Assembly (NCBI GenBank): GCA_949288455.1
Contig: CASEKF010000001.1
Span: 1 to 54,605 of the forward strand
Reading direction: 5' to 3'
DNA length: 54,605 nt
Origin: an uncultured bacterium
Lineage (GTDB): Bacteria; Vulcanimicrobiota; CADAWZ01
The notes under the pieces are model-generated. The model was not told where the DNA came from and searched no databases. It worked only from the letters and a program-made list of their open reading frames with translations. The first letter of the stretch is position 1. Each line of letters begins with the position of its first letter. Both the position numbers and the translations under genes were made by a program. Of this stretch, positions 9,126 through 18,906 are shown piece by piece.

Positions 9126-9644
9126 ACGAATAACCCCTTTCGCTTTTTAGCTTTAATATTATAAGTACAACAATATAAAAGCTTTTACCTTTTCGCGCCT
9201 AAGCTTTTTTGACAAAGAGCGGAGCATAAAAGCCCGCAGCTCAAACGCGTAAAATTCGATTTCCAACAAAGACAACTCCCAAACAAGTTCTCAAGTTCTA
9301 TGCTTGCGCCTAATACGACATATTGTTAAAATAAATAAGGATAAGCGCGCCGACTAAGGCGGCCGCCTCAATTGCCATTACGCTCCAATATAATCAATAA
9401 CAAAATTAAGTCTGAATTTCCGCCATATTTAGTCCCCGATAATTATAGACTGCATCTTCGGGCTAAAACTTGACGTTTATCGCGCTTCGCGTTAAATTTA
9501 AATACCCGTTTAAATGAAATTTATGAAACCGTTAACTGTTATAATTCAATCCGATAAAATTCCATTATAATAATATATCAGACAGATCAGCCGAAGACAC
9601 ATCGACAAACTTAAAGACATGAAATAACAAGGAGTCGCGTCATT

Positions 9645-10799
9645 ATGAAATTTTACAGAAAAATTTTTATTACGGCGGCAATAGCGTTTTTGGTATTTTC
9701 GTCCGCAAATTCCGCTTCCGCGAAGTATAATTTTCAAAAAAACACAGAATACGGCAAGGCAAAACCTTCTAAAATAGAAATAAAAACCTCCTCTTCCCAA
9801 ATAAAAATAATCGTTTCTAATTCGGACAAAATAACCCTGTCTCAAGACTCCCGAAAAGACGGCATAGTCTTTTCGGTAACTCCGGGCACAGATAAAGAAT
9901 ACTCGGCTGAAATAAACAAGGGGTTAGTAAAATCAATAAGCGTATCTAAAGGTCCGATATCAAAAATATCGATCCTTGCCGTAAGCGAGCCCGAATGTAA
10001 AATTCAATACGGCCCAAACACGATCATAGCGACAATTTATCCAAACAATATAAAAGGTCTTCCAATGACGAGACCGTTAATAAAAAAATCGAACGATTAC
10101 AAAGCGGGAGACAGTATACTGACCGACATAGCCGTTATAGTCGAATCTTCTTCAGACGTTAAAAACAAAAACAAGCCCAGAAAACATACGATGTTTCCAA
10201 AACAATTTGACGTCGCGGCTAAAAAGCTCAGCTTTAAAGAGAACATGGAACTGTTAACTTCGAATAATAAGCAAAACGTCGAGCGATCAGGCGAAGCCAT
10301 AAGTTCGCTGGGAAAAATGTCAAATTTTCTTCCTCTTGAAAAAAGCGAAAAAATAAATTTAAAATTTACTAATAAAAGCCTTCCCGAAATAATAAAAAAG
10401 CTTGGAGAAAAAGCAAAAAAAAACGTAATAATATCGCCTTCGGTAAGCGGGAAAAAAACGATAGAATTCTCCGATATGGCTCCGGAAGAAGCAATCAAAA
10501 CGCTTCTTAAAGACACCGAATTCGATTTTAGAATTATGAGGTCTATAATTTTGGTAGGGCCCGAACGTCTGCTGGAAGACATGACAGCTTCTTTTAATAA
10601 TCAAAACCTTGAAAAAGAAAGCCGAAAAAAAATATTCGTTATGAAAAAAACTCGCGGAGAAAAAGTAATAAAGGAATTAGACGCAAGATATCCTAATGTA
10701 AAATACGTTTTTTATCCAAAGCTGAACGCGTTTGAAATAATGTCGGACGAAAATACCTTAGACGAAATTTTATTATTTCTCACGAAACAAGACAAATAA
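9645..10799 (+). CDS. Secreted protein with AMIN-like N-terminal and secretin-N/STN-like domains
   Basis: A clear signal peptide (MKFYRKIFITAAIAFLVFSSANSASA). Residues ~230-300 (INLKFTNKSLPEIIKKLGEKAKKNVIISPSVSGKKTIEFSDMAPEEAIKTLLKDTEFDFRI) fit the N0/STN fold pattern of secretins and TonB receptors. There is no secretin pore domain. Confidence 0.45.
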   Translation: MKFYRKIFITAAIAFLVFSSANSASAKYNFQKNTEYGKAKPSKIEIKTSSSQIKIIVSNSDKITLSQDSRKDGIVFSVTPGTDKEYSAEINKGLVKSISVSKGPISKISILAVSEPECKIQYGPNTIIATIYPNNIKGLPMTRPLIKKSNDYKAGDSILTDIAVIVESSSDVKNKNKPRKHTMFPKQFDVAAKKLSFKENMELLTSNNKQNVERSGEAISSLGKMSNFLPLEKSEKINLKFTNKSLPEIIKKLGEKAKKNVIISPSVSGKKTIEFSDMAPEEAIKTLLKDTEFDFRIMRSIILVGPERLLEDMTASFNNQNLEKESRKKIFVMKKTRGEKVIKELDARYPNVKYVFYPKLNAFEIMSDENTLDEILLFLTKQDK

Positions 10800-10816
10800 A
10801 CAATAAAGGAAAAACC

Positions 10817-11251
10817 ATGAAAATTTTCATAAAAAAACTGCGTAAAGACGCCGTTATCCCTCAATATCAAACTGAAGGCTCCTCCGGAATGGACGTCTGC
10901 GCTTTATTAGACGATATTGAGATAATAAAAAAACAAGAAATAAAAATAATTCCGACAGGAATTTCGATAGCGATTCCTTCGGGATACGAATGTCAAGTAA
11001 GGCCAAGAAGCGGACTGGCGGCAAAATATGGGGTCACCGTTCTCAATTCTCCCGGAACAATAGACAGCGATTATAGAGGAGAAATAAAAATAATTTTAAT
11101 AAATTTAGGAGAAGAAAACTTCGCCGTAAAAAACGGAGACAGAATAGCTCAGCTTACGTTTACTAAAATAGAACAAGTCAAAATGGAAATTACAGAAGTT
11201 CTTCCCGAAACCGCTAGAGGAGAAAACGGATTCGGAAGCACAGGAATCTAA
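10817..11251 (+). CDS. dut: dUTP diphosphatase
   Basis: 144 aa with the trimeric dUTPase motifs AGMDV-like SSGMDVCA, RPRSGLA, GTIDSDYRGEI and RIAQL. It lies 17 nt after the upstream gene. Confidence 0.9.
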   Translation: MKIFIKKLRKDAVIPQYQTEGSSGMDVCALLDDIEIIKKQEIKIIPTGISIAIPSGYECQVRPRSGLAAKYGVTVLNSPGTIDSDYRGEIKIILINLGEENFAVKNGDRIAQLTFTKIEQVKMEITEVLPETARGENGFGSTGI

Positions 11252-11429
11252 AGAAAGACAAAAAACGACTTTTTCCACCTAAATTGCTTCTTAAAAAAGA
11301 AGTTTTTCAAATTTATGCAGAAAATAAGCAGTTTACCGTAAATAATAAAAAAACACGCAACTTATATATTTAGCCGAAGCTAAATATCGGCAAAATATAA
11401 TCAAGTCAATATTTTAAGGCAGAAATTTT

Positions 11430-13274
11430 ATGAATAAAGCAGATAATGTCAAATTCAGACAAAATCAAAACAAATTCAGCTGGAAAAGACTCCTGTTAGT
11501 GCTTGTCATATCAATTGCCCTAGGTTTCATCGTTTTCATAGCGGCGGGAGCATATATCTACAGCATAACTCCTCAGAACAATATCAATTCCTTCTACGAT
11601 AGCTTCAAATTTATCATTAAACCAGGCGAAACGGCGTTTAAAGGCAAAAAAGTTATTAATATTTTATGTTTAGGACTCGATCATAATTACACTACCGAAG
11701 GAATTATGTATACTAAAAGCGCAAGAACAGACACAATGTTTATAATTTCAATAGACAGCGAAGCTAAATATCTGAATATGCTGTCAATTCCGCGCGACAC
11801 TTGGGTTGACATTCCGGACTACGGATATGGAAAGATTAACTCGGCTTACGCTATCGGAGGGCTAAAGCTCGCGCAAAAAACCGTTTCTAATTTTTTGGGA
11901 ATATCTCTCGACCACTATATTATCATCAGAATAAAAGCCGGAGTAGAAATAGTCGACGCGTTAGGAGGGCTTAATATCGACGTTCCCAAAGATATGGACT
12001 ACGACGATAATTGGGGCAATCTTCATATACACTTAAAACAAGGGCCTCAAATATTAACCGGGCAGGAAACGGTAGGCTTTGCCAGATTCAGACATGACGA
12101 AGAAGGCGACTGGGGCAGAATGAAGAGGCAGCAACAAGTTATCAACTCCCTTATAAGCGAACTGAAAAAGCCTAATAATATACTCAAAATAGATAAATTT
12201 ATTAAAATAGCTCATGAAAATATAGATACGGATTTAACGGTCGCGGAAATGATCGATATATGTCGTTTCTACAAAGATTTTGACAGACACAATATGAAAA
12301 CCGGAACAATAACTGGGTACGACGCTATGTCAGAAGACGGACAAGCTATTATAATACCCAACGAAACGGAAAAGATAAAACTCATAAAAAAACTTCTCCT
12401 AAGGAACGACGAACCTAATCTTAACAAAGGCAAAATAGCTATTCTTAACGGAAGTTATACCGAAGGACTAGCGTCTGAACTTGCCGATTATCTCGAAGAT
12501 AAAAATTACGGAATATCCCGCATAGGAGACGCAGATAGATACGATTATGAAGAATCCGTAATAATACCGCATAATCCGGAAGCTTACAGCCTAAAAGAAT
12601 TATCCGAAGCCCTGGGATATGTCCGTATAGCTCCTCAAGAAATAAGTCAATCGGGAGAAGATTTCACTATTATTATAGGAAATAAATGGCCGGAATGGAA
12701 AACTTCCCGCAGCGATTTATTTCCCGTTAGTACAGAGCGTTATAAGGAATATCCCGGAGTAATAAAATATAACCCGGCCGAAAACAATTATCCCATAAAC
12801 GCGCGGCAAAATCAAAATAACGTCGATAACGAAAATAACGATAAAAATAACGACAATGACGAATTAATTAAAAACGAAAATTCAAACGACACTCAAACGA
12901 CTAAAAACCCGGAATTTCCAGACGATGCCGAACAGGCAAATCCAAATCAGCCGGAGCATATATTTAAAGCTATTCCCATTCCTAAAAATACGGAATACCA
13001 AAACGCTCCGATAGACATTACTTCTGAGGAAGAAACGAACGAATCGAAAGAATATACCGAGAACAACGCTCAAATATATCCTAAAGACAATACGCAAACT
13101 CATCCCGAACCTCCTCGTCAATCGGAGTCCCTCAGGAACGAAGAGTCCGTTCAAACCGATTCTCCAAACGATACGAATTACGCTGATCCGGAAACGTATA
13201 CCGAAGAACATATTAGTCCAAACGAACGCGAGGACCTTAAAGAAGAAAACATGATAAATGAAGAACATATGTAA
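11430..13274 (+). CDS. LytR-CpsA-Psr (LCP) family protein with long Asn/Asp/Glu-rich C-terminal tail
   Basis: An N-terminal TM helix, then the LCP core (ILCLGLDHNY...RTDTMFIISID...LSIPRDTWVDIPDYGYGKINSAYAIGG), then a LytR_C-like region. The last ~170 aa are low-complexity. Confidence 0.85.
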   Translation: MNKADNVKFRQNQNKFSWKRLLLVLVISIALGFIVFIAAGAYIYSITPQNNINSFYDSFKFIIKPGETAFKGKKVINILCLGLDHNYTTEGIMYTKSARTDTMFIISIDSEAKYLNMLSIPRDTWVDIPDYGYGKINSAYAIGGLKLAQKTVSNFLGISLDHYIIIRIKAGVEIVDALGGLNIDVPKDMDYDDNWGNLHIHLKQGPQILTGQETVGFARFRHDEEGDWGRMKRQQQVINSLISELKKPNNILKIDKFIKIAHENIDTDLTVAEMIDICRFYKDFDRHNMKTGTITGYDAMSEDGQAIIIPNETEKIKLIKKLLLRNDEPNLNKGKIAILNGSYTEGLASELADYLEDKNYGISRIGDADRYDYEESVIIPHNPEAYSLKELSEALGYVRIAPQEISQSGEDFTIIIGNKWPEWKTSRSDLFPVSTERYKEYPGVIKYNPAENNYPINARQNQNNVDNENNDKNNDNDELIKNENSNDTQTTKNPEFPDDAEQANPNQPEHIFKAIPIPKNTEYQNAPIDITSEEETNESKEYTENNAQIYPKDNTQTHPEPPRQSESLRNEESVQTDSPNDTNYADPETYTEEHISPNEREDLKEENMINEEHM

Positions 13275-13439
13275 GTTTTTCCAAACTTCAACTCGTCGAA
13301 AGCACATAAAAACGTAACTTATAAAATAATAGCGCTAAGAAAATTTATATAATTTTCATTTTTTTTAATCTAAATATAGACAAATTCATAAAATATCGGT
13401 ATATATAATTAAACTATGTATATAAAGGAGACATAATGC

Positions 13440-14072
13440 ATGGGAGACATATCCCTTAGGCAAGGAACTTATGACGGAGTCGGCGTAGCAGGAGCCGTTC
13501 GAACGGGACATAAAGCTTATAAGCTTTATAAAGGAATAACCGATACGACTAAACTGGGTAAAGCTTTCGACATAGGAACCAGCGTAGTCGGCTTAGCGAC
13601 GGCGTCGGGAAATAAAATTTTGACGAAAACCGTCGGAGCAGCTAAAAACGCAGCAGGTCTGCTTAAATCGTCCGGAAGCGCAAATATAGCGTCAGTAGCT
13701 TCTAAAGCGGCCCCAATATTAAGCAAAGCAGGTACGGTATTCGGAGTGGCCGTAGGAGCTTGGGATATCGCTTCCGGCATTCATGAACTCGCTAAAGACG
13801 ACGGAAACGCTGAAAAAGGCAAAGAAAAAATAGTAGGAGGAACTTGCGATATAATATCCTCGGTCGCTTTACATGTCGCGGCAGGCTCCGCGGCCACCGG
13901 AATAGGAGCTCCGGTAGCCGCCGTAGCTACTGGAGTAGCGGCGGTCGCTCAAGGAGCGAAATACGTATATAAATACAAAGACGAAATAAAAGAATTCGCC
14001 GGCAGCGTCATCAATAAAGGAACTGAACTTGCGTCTAAAGCCTTTGACACAGTGACGGATTGGTTTTCCTAA
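13440..14072 (+). CDS. Gly/Ala-rich hypothetical protein (amphipathic, small-residue repeats)
   Basis: 210 aa, about 40% G+A, with GxxxG/AxxxA spacing. No signal peptide and no recognisable catalytic motif. It is isolated by 165 nt and 394 nt AT-rich spacers. Confidence 0.45.
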   Translation: MGDISLRQGTYDGVGVAGAVRTGHKAYKLYKGITDTTKLGKAFDIGTSVVGLATASGNKILTKTVGAAKNAAGLLKSSGSANIASVASKAAPILSKAGTVFGVAVGAWDIASGIHELAKDDGNAEKGKEKIVGGTCDIISSVALHVAAGSAATGIGAPVAAVATGVAAVAQGAKYVYKYKDEIKEFAGSVINKGTELASKAFDTVTDWFS

Positions 14073-14092
14073 AAAGTCGATATAATAAATTA

Positions 14093-14145
14093 TCGTTAAA
14101 TAAATGGACTTCGCAATAGATATTGCCGAAGTCCATTTATTTAAC
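14093..14145. terminator. 53-bp perfect palindrome (bidirectional terminator-like) downstream of Gly/Ala-rich gene
   Basis: CGTTAAATAAATGGACTTCGGCAATAGATATTGCCGAAGTCCATTTATTTAACG. The arms are exactly complementary. Confidence 0.6.
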
Positions 14146-14466
14146 GATATTTTATAAAGCGTTAACAAAAAATTTTAATCTGATAAACTAGGGTCTATTA
14201 GCTTCATATATTCTAAAAAAATACCCTATGAAATTTTAACAACAGATATTTATTTTAATGAATTAGAGAAATTTAGTTAAAATTTAAATAAGTTCATAAT
14301 CAAACGCTCTGATTCTTATAAAAACTATTCAAAAATCTCTAAACGCTAAAAACTGATAAAATACTAATTTTATAAACGCTTATTCCCTCTCGCAATCAAT
14401 ATAAAAACGGCGCGACTGCCTACAGGCGTTTTAAAAAGATAAAACTTTTTAGGGAAGGACACAAAT

Positions 14467-15243
14467 ATGACGACTCCTCAACATGACGAAACAGGCTGGG
14501 GAAAAAATTCAGCCTTGGAAAAACTCTATATAAGCGAAAGGCTCAAACGCCAAGATAAAATGATAAAAGAAAGCTATTTCATAGCTTCTCAGACTTGCGA
14601 TTCCGAAAAAACTTCGTTAGATTTAGGATGCGGCATAGGATGGCATGCCTGCGGCTTAACGGAAAAAGGATTTCATGCTTCAGGAATAGACATAAGTTCG
14701 ACAGCTCTTAAATACGCTAAAAAACATGCTATGCTAAGAAATCTGCAAGTAAATTTTATATGCGGCGATTTCACTAAAAACATGCCTCAGGGACTATTTG
14801 GAGTCATAACATTGCTGGACAACACTTTCGGCTTAATGGCGGAAAACGAGAATATCGCTTTATTAGCCGGACTAACCAAATATCTTGATAAAAACGGAAC
14901 TTTAGTCATAGGAACTTATAACAGAGAATATATTATGACAGAAGTTGAATTTAACAAAAACAACAAAAAAAAATGGCAAAGCGACGATAAAAAAATATTT
15001 TATGAAGAAGCGTCTTTCGATTTATACACGGGAAGATATAATAAAAAACAGGAAATAATGGATATTGCCTCCGGACAAAAGACATATTGTACGGCGGCGT
15101 CAGTAAGATTATACTCTCTGACCGAATATAGGCATATAACCAACGCCGTAGGACTAAAAATAGAAAAAGCGTTCGGAAGCTGTCTTGGCCATCAATATTC
15201 GGCTTCGTCTAAAGAATCGGTTCTTTTCTTGAGAAAAGGATAA
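14467..15243 (+). CDS. Class I SAM-dependent methyltransferase
   Basis: Motif I is LDLGCGIGWH. Post-I acidic residue and motif II-like regions are present. An AGGGAAGGA RBS precedes it. Confidence 0.75.
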   Translation: MTTPQHDETGWGKNSALEKLYISERLKRQDKMIKESYFIASQTCDSEKTSLDLGCGIGWHACGLTEKGFHASGIDISSTALKYAKKHAMLRNLQVNFICGDFTKNMPQGLFGVITLLDNTFGLMAENENIALLAGLTKYLDKNGTLVIGTYNREYIMTEVEFNKNNKKKWQSDDKKIFYEEASFDLYTGRYNKKQEIMDIASGQKTYCTAASVRLYSLTEYRHITNAVGLKIEKAFGSCLGHQYSASSKESVLFLRKG

Positions 15244-15319
15244 TAACGCATTTAGATAGAAAGTATATTATGCGTTTTCTCTAAAAAACAGCCAATAATA
15301 GAAAGAGAGGTTTTGAGAA

Positions 15320-15883
15320 ATGCAAATTACGGTAAAAACCAAAAATTTAGAAGTAGAGAAAGAATTGAAAGAATACGCGGAAAAAAAATTGAACAAGCTA
15401 AAAAAATATTCAGACTCAATTATCTCTGCAGATCTCACTTTCAGTACTGAGAGAGGCTTTTATATGGTCGACATTAATATTCATACGACCGGAGCGGTAT
15501 TTAGAGGCGAAGAAAAAACAGCCGATTTCCATGCTTCCATAGACAGCGCGGTAGAAAAATTAGAAAAACAGCTGAAAAAACAAAAAGAAAAACTGAGAAA
15601 ACCTGTAAAATCTCTCGAAAATATTCCATATGCCGTACCAGACGGAATACCGGCCGGAGGAAACGCCCAGGAAGAAGACGAAGAACTTGAAAATCTAGGG
15701 CTTGACGAAAGTATAACGGTAATAAGAAGAACTAATTCGAAGCCTATAGGCGTAAAAGACGCTATTATGGATATGGAATCGAGAGGACACGGTTTTTCCG
15801 TCTTTATCAACTCTACGAACGGACGAGTAAACGTAGTATATAAATGTAAAAAGGGATACGGATTAATCGATCCGATAGTATAA
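15320..15883 (+). CDS. hpf: Ribosome hibernation-promoting factor, long form
   Basis: The N-terminal MQITVKTKNLEVEKELKEYAEKKLNKL...Y matches the RaiA/HPF S30AE domain. A C-terminal dimerisation extension (GVKDAIMDMESRGHGFSVFIN) is present. Confidence 0.9.
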   Translation: MQITVKTKNLEVEKELKEYAEKKLNKLKKYSDSIISADLTFSTERGFYMVDINIHTTGAVFRGEEKTADFHASIDSAVEKLEKQLKKQKEKLRKPVKSLENIPYAVPDGIPAGGNAQEEDEELENLGLDESITVIRRTNSKPIGVKDAIMDMESRGHGFSVFINSTNGRVNVVYKCKKGYGLIDPIV

Positions 15884-15993
15884 ATAAGTCAACATCCGAA
15901 CAAAGTCGACGCTGTCGTAATCTAACGTTGCTCAGCGGCGGCTTTTATCTTTTTAAACGCGTTTATTCAATCTTTTTCGAAAGGATTTTTTCT

Positions 15994-16851
15994 ATGAACT
16001 TTAAAAAAACGGCTCCATTATGCCCTTATTGTTCGTCTGAATTATCGTCATATTCAAAATTTTGCCACGTCTGTAACGCAAAAATTCCGTCGGAATTTTT
16101 TCATACAGCCGTTTCTTGCGACGAATTAACGCAAGAAACAGTTCATATACCTGTCCCGGGAGAATTCGTCGGAGGGATATGCAAAGCGGCTGACTTAGTT
16201 ATGAAGGGAGAAATAGACGAGGCCAAAGTACAACAAGGTCTTGCAAATATCAAAGAACAAGTACGGTCGATATTTGGAAACGTAGTCAATGAATTGGCGA
16301 CAGTCTCGGAAGAAGCCGAAGAATACGGAGTTTATCTACAAAACTCAATTTTTAATATAGAAAAAATGTTTGTCACAGGTCTTTCAGAAATGGAAGCGTT
16401 CTTTCATACAAACGACGCAGGGAACTTAACCTTTGGAAAATTTTTGCTTCAACGAGCAGAATTAGAATATATTGACTTTTTAAAAAGCGTAAAAACAGAA
16501 AGCGAAGTCAGCTGCTTTTCAGATGGAGCCACTATTTTAGAATCTATGGCGGCAAATTTTCAGAAAGGAATTCTATCAAAAGAAGCGTTCGCCGAAGAAA
16601 TAGGCAAATTAGAACTCGACGTAAATTACAAGCTAACCAACGCTAATAATCTTCTGACAGAGTGCTTTGCCGAAACTAAAACTTACGACGGCATAGACGA
16701 CGCAAAAATTTTAAACTCGACAGCTAAACTGAAAGCGGCCATAGAGTTTATATCCGGAGTCATTTTAAAACTATACAATCCTGAAGAAACTAAAAAATGG
16801 ATCGAAAACGCCGTTAGAGAAACGGTAGAAGAATTAGATGAAAGCCGCTAA
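15994..16851 (+). CDS. Hypothetical protein with N-terminal zinc ribbon (CPYC...CHVC)
   Basis: Start taken at the internal ATG (MNFKKTAPLCPYCSSEL...CHVCNAKI). The rest is predicted helical. The longer ORF from 15928 lacks an RBS. Confidence 0.5.
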   Translation: MNFKKTAPLCPYCSSELSSYSKFCHVCNAKIPSEFFHTAVSCDELTQETVHIPVPGEFVGGICKAADLVMKGEIDEAKVQQGLANIKEQVRSIFGNVVNELATVSEEAEEYGVYLQNSIFNIEKMFVTGLSEMEAFFHTNDAGNLTFGKFLLQRAELEYIDFLKSVKTESEVSCFSDGATILESMAANFQKGILSKEAFAEEIGKLELDVNYKLTNANNLLTECFAETKTYDGIDDAKILNSTAKLKAAIEFISGVILKLYNPEETKKWIENAVRETVEELDESR

Positions 16852-16951
16852 CGCAAAAAACAGCGCGGAAAGTATCTCCGATATCTAATTCGGAAAACGG
16901 CGCAGAAATCGGCCGCTATATAAACTGCCGCGCGCCATAGAATAACGACCG

Positions 16952-17018
16952 TTATTTGGTAAGAGATAATTTGGAGGCTCTCTTTTAGAGAGCCTCCAAA
17001 TTATCTCTTACCAAATAA
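16952..17018. terminator. 67-bp perfect palindrome, bidirectional terminator between convergent genes
   Basis: TTATTTGGTAAGAGATAATTTGGAGGCTCTCTTTTAGAGAGCCTCCAAATTATCTCTTACCAAATAA. It overlaps the last codons of the minus-strand gene. Confidence 0.65.
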
Positions 17019-17433
17019 CTTTACCTCGCGCTAGTAAATTTAATACGGTAAAATGCTTGGCGCTATCCAAAAAAACGCGCCAATTTTTCTCTCCTTTTTC
17101 ATACCATTCGAGAGCCCTGGAAATATTTTTTTTAGACGGCGAATCGATATATTCCCGAAGGTATTTTAAGGACATATGATAACAAATCAACTCGTTGTTT
17201 CTTATTATTCCAACTTTAGACATAGCTTCTCTTTCCTCTATTGTCGCCTCGGTTATAAGCGTGTATTTAGCGTTGTCGTGTAAACGGGCAAAAATTTTAG
17301 ACAATTCTTTTTTTGCCGTTTCCACAAACTCTTTTATTGCTTTGCCTCTCAAACTTCGGTTAATACGTCTGCAAAATATTGGAATCCAGTAAATAATATT
17401 TTTATCTTTAGGGAAAAATGCGACAAGAATCAT
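17008..17433 (-). CDS. Hypothetical protein
   Basis: Start placed at the internal ATG preceded by AGGAAG (MILVAFFPKD...). An alternative GTG start at 17499 overlaps the cyclase stop (GTGA). No confident family assignment. Confidence 0.45.
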   Translation of the reverse strand: MILVAFFPKDKNIIYWIPIFCRRINRSLRGKAIKEFVETAKKELSKIFARLHDNAKYTLITEATIEEREAMSKVGIIRNNELICYHMSLKYLREYIDSPSKKNISRALEWYEKGEKNWRVFLDSAKHFTVLNLLARGKVIW

Positions 17434-17495
17434 AAGACAGGCTTCCTTTTTTCTCTTATTGTAACAAAGAAAAAAGAATAAGTATGTGATCTCTG

Positions 17496-18650
17496 TCACA
17501 TTTTGCTTTTTAACATAAAAATTTTTATTTTTTCCTTTTTGCCTCTGATAGATACGATACCTATCTCTATAAACAGATCCTGAAGACGCGTTTTTTTTAA
17601 CGTATTTTCGCTAACGATAAGCTGAGTATCGTAATTCTTAGTCAAAGATTCCAATCTTGAAGCCGTATTAGGGATATCTCCTATAATCGACCACTCCTTT
17701 CTTTTAAAACCGCCTATAATCCCGGCGGTAACTTTTCCCGAATGAATTCCGGCCCCCATATCAATTTTCAGTCCAAATTTTCTATAACAAAATTTATTAA
17801 GTTCCGCAAGCGCGGATATCATTTCTATCGCGGTTTTTACGGCGTCTTCCGAAGCGTTTTTATTTTCTTTAGGCATTCCGAACGAAGCCATAAAACCGTC
17901 TCCAAGGTACTTTAATAAACAACCGCGCCTTTTAAGCAAAATCTCCAGCATTGAATCAAAAAAAATATTAAGCACGTCAAAAAGACTTCTGGAATCGATT
18001 TTCTCGGCTATTTCCGTAAAGGATCTAATATCGGCGAAAAGAATCGCGGCTTCCCTGTTTTCTCTGATAAAATCGCTATAACCGTAAGCGAGCAAAAGTT
18101 CGGCGACGTCAGAACCGAGAAATTGAGCTAATAAAGCGTATAATCGGGAACGTTCCTGCTCAAGTCCGGATTTTTCTATAGCTAGGGCTATATAGGAAGC
18201 GTATATTTTTATCATATTTAAATCTCGCTCGTCAAAAGATTTGCCTTCCCTTTTATCATCAATATAAATTACTCCCATGACGTTTTCTTTAACAAAAATA
18301 GGAACGGCTATAATCGTTCTCAATTCTACGCTAACGGAGCCGCTTATAACCGTATATGCTCTTTCCTGAGTCCTGAGAATCGGCATGCCTGTAGAGATCG
18401 CCTTCCAAACGATTTCCATGCTTATGCAGGAAGAAGCTAAGCCTAAAGAAAAGCAAGAATTTCTTTGCGCAAATAATTCTAATTTGCCAAAAGAATTTCG
18501 TATAAATATAACTCCCCTTTCAGCTTGCACAAGTTTCAAGGCGTTAATTAAAGCTATATTAATTACCTCTGTCAAATTTAAAGAAAAATTTATATTAGCC
18601 GAGATATCCTGCGAAACGTTAAAGTTCTTCATAGCGTCCGTTCCTTTCAT
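17496..18650 (-). CDS. GAF-domain sensor fused to class III adenylate/guanylate cyclase (CHD)
   Basis: The N-terminal ~170 aa are GAF-like. The C-terminus has FADIRSFTEIAE...LLKYLGDGFMASFG...GIHSGKVTAGIIG, the class III cyclase signature. Confidence 0.8.
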   Translation of the reverse strand: MKGTDAMKNFNVSQDISANINFSLNLTEVINIALINALKLVQAERGVIFIRNSFGKLELFAQRNSCFSLGLASSCISMEIVWKAISTGMPILRTQERAYTVISGSVSVELRTIIAVPIFVKENVMGVIYIDDKREGKSFDERDLNMIKIYASYIALAIEKSGLEQERSRLYALLAQFLGSDVAELLLAYGYSDFIRENREAAILFADIRSFTEIAEKIDSRSLFDVLNIFFDSMLEILLKRRGCLLKYLGDGFMASFGMPKENKNASEDAVKTAIEMISALAELNKFCYRKFGLKIDMGAGIHSGKVTAGIIGGFKRKEWSIIGDIPNTASRLESLTKNYDTQLIVSENTLKKTRLQDLFIEIGIVSIRGKKEKIKIFMLKSKM

Positions 18651-18730
18651 ATATAGATGTTTACGTGATAATTATATATAAGCATGAAATGAACAATTTA
18701 ATCGCAATTGCTTATAATAACGGTAAAAAA

Positions 18731-18764
18731 AGAAGTCAAGAGAGTTATAACTCTCTTGACTTCT
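18731..18764 (-). terminator. Intrinsic terminator for the tkt-surE-mutS2 operon
   Basis: AGAAGTCAAGAGAGTTATAACTCTCTTGACTTCT hairpin. On the minus strand it is followed by a T7 run. Confidence 0.7.
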
Positions 18765-18906
18765 TTTAGTGAGTCCGCGCTTTATATCAAAGCGATAAGC
18801 CATATATACGCCTTAGCCGTAAAAGCCAATCGGACTCCGGGATATCCGGCGAAATAAATATAGATAATAGTACAAGCAGAAACAGCCGATTAGCCTAAAA
18901 TAAATT

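Noticed and set aside
17008-18650. A cyclic-nucleotide antiphage (Pycsar/CBASS-like) pair formed by the cyclase and the small downstream gene.
   Set aside because: The cyclase has a regulatory GAF sensor and canonical class III motifs. The neighbour lacks TM, TIR, nuclease or phospholipase features. A housekeeping signalling cyclase is more likely.
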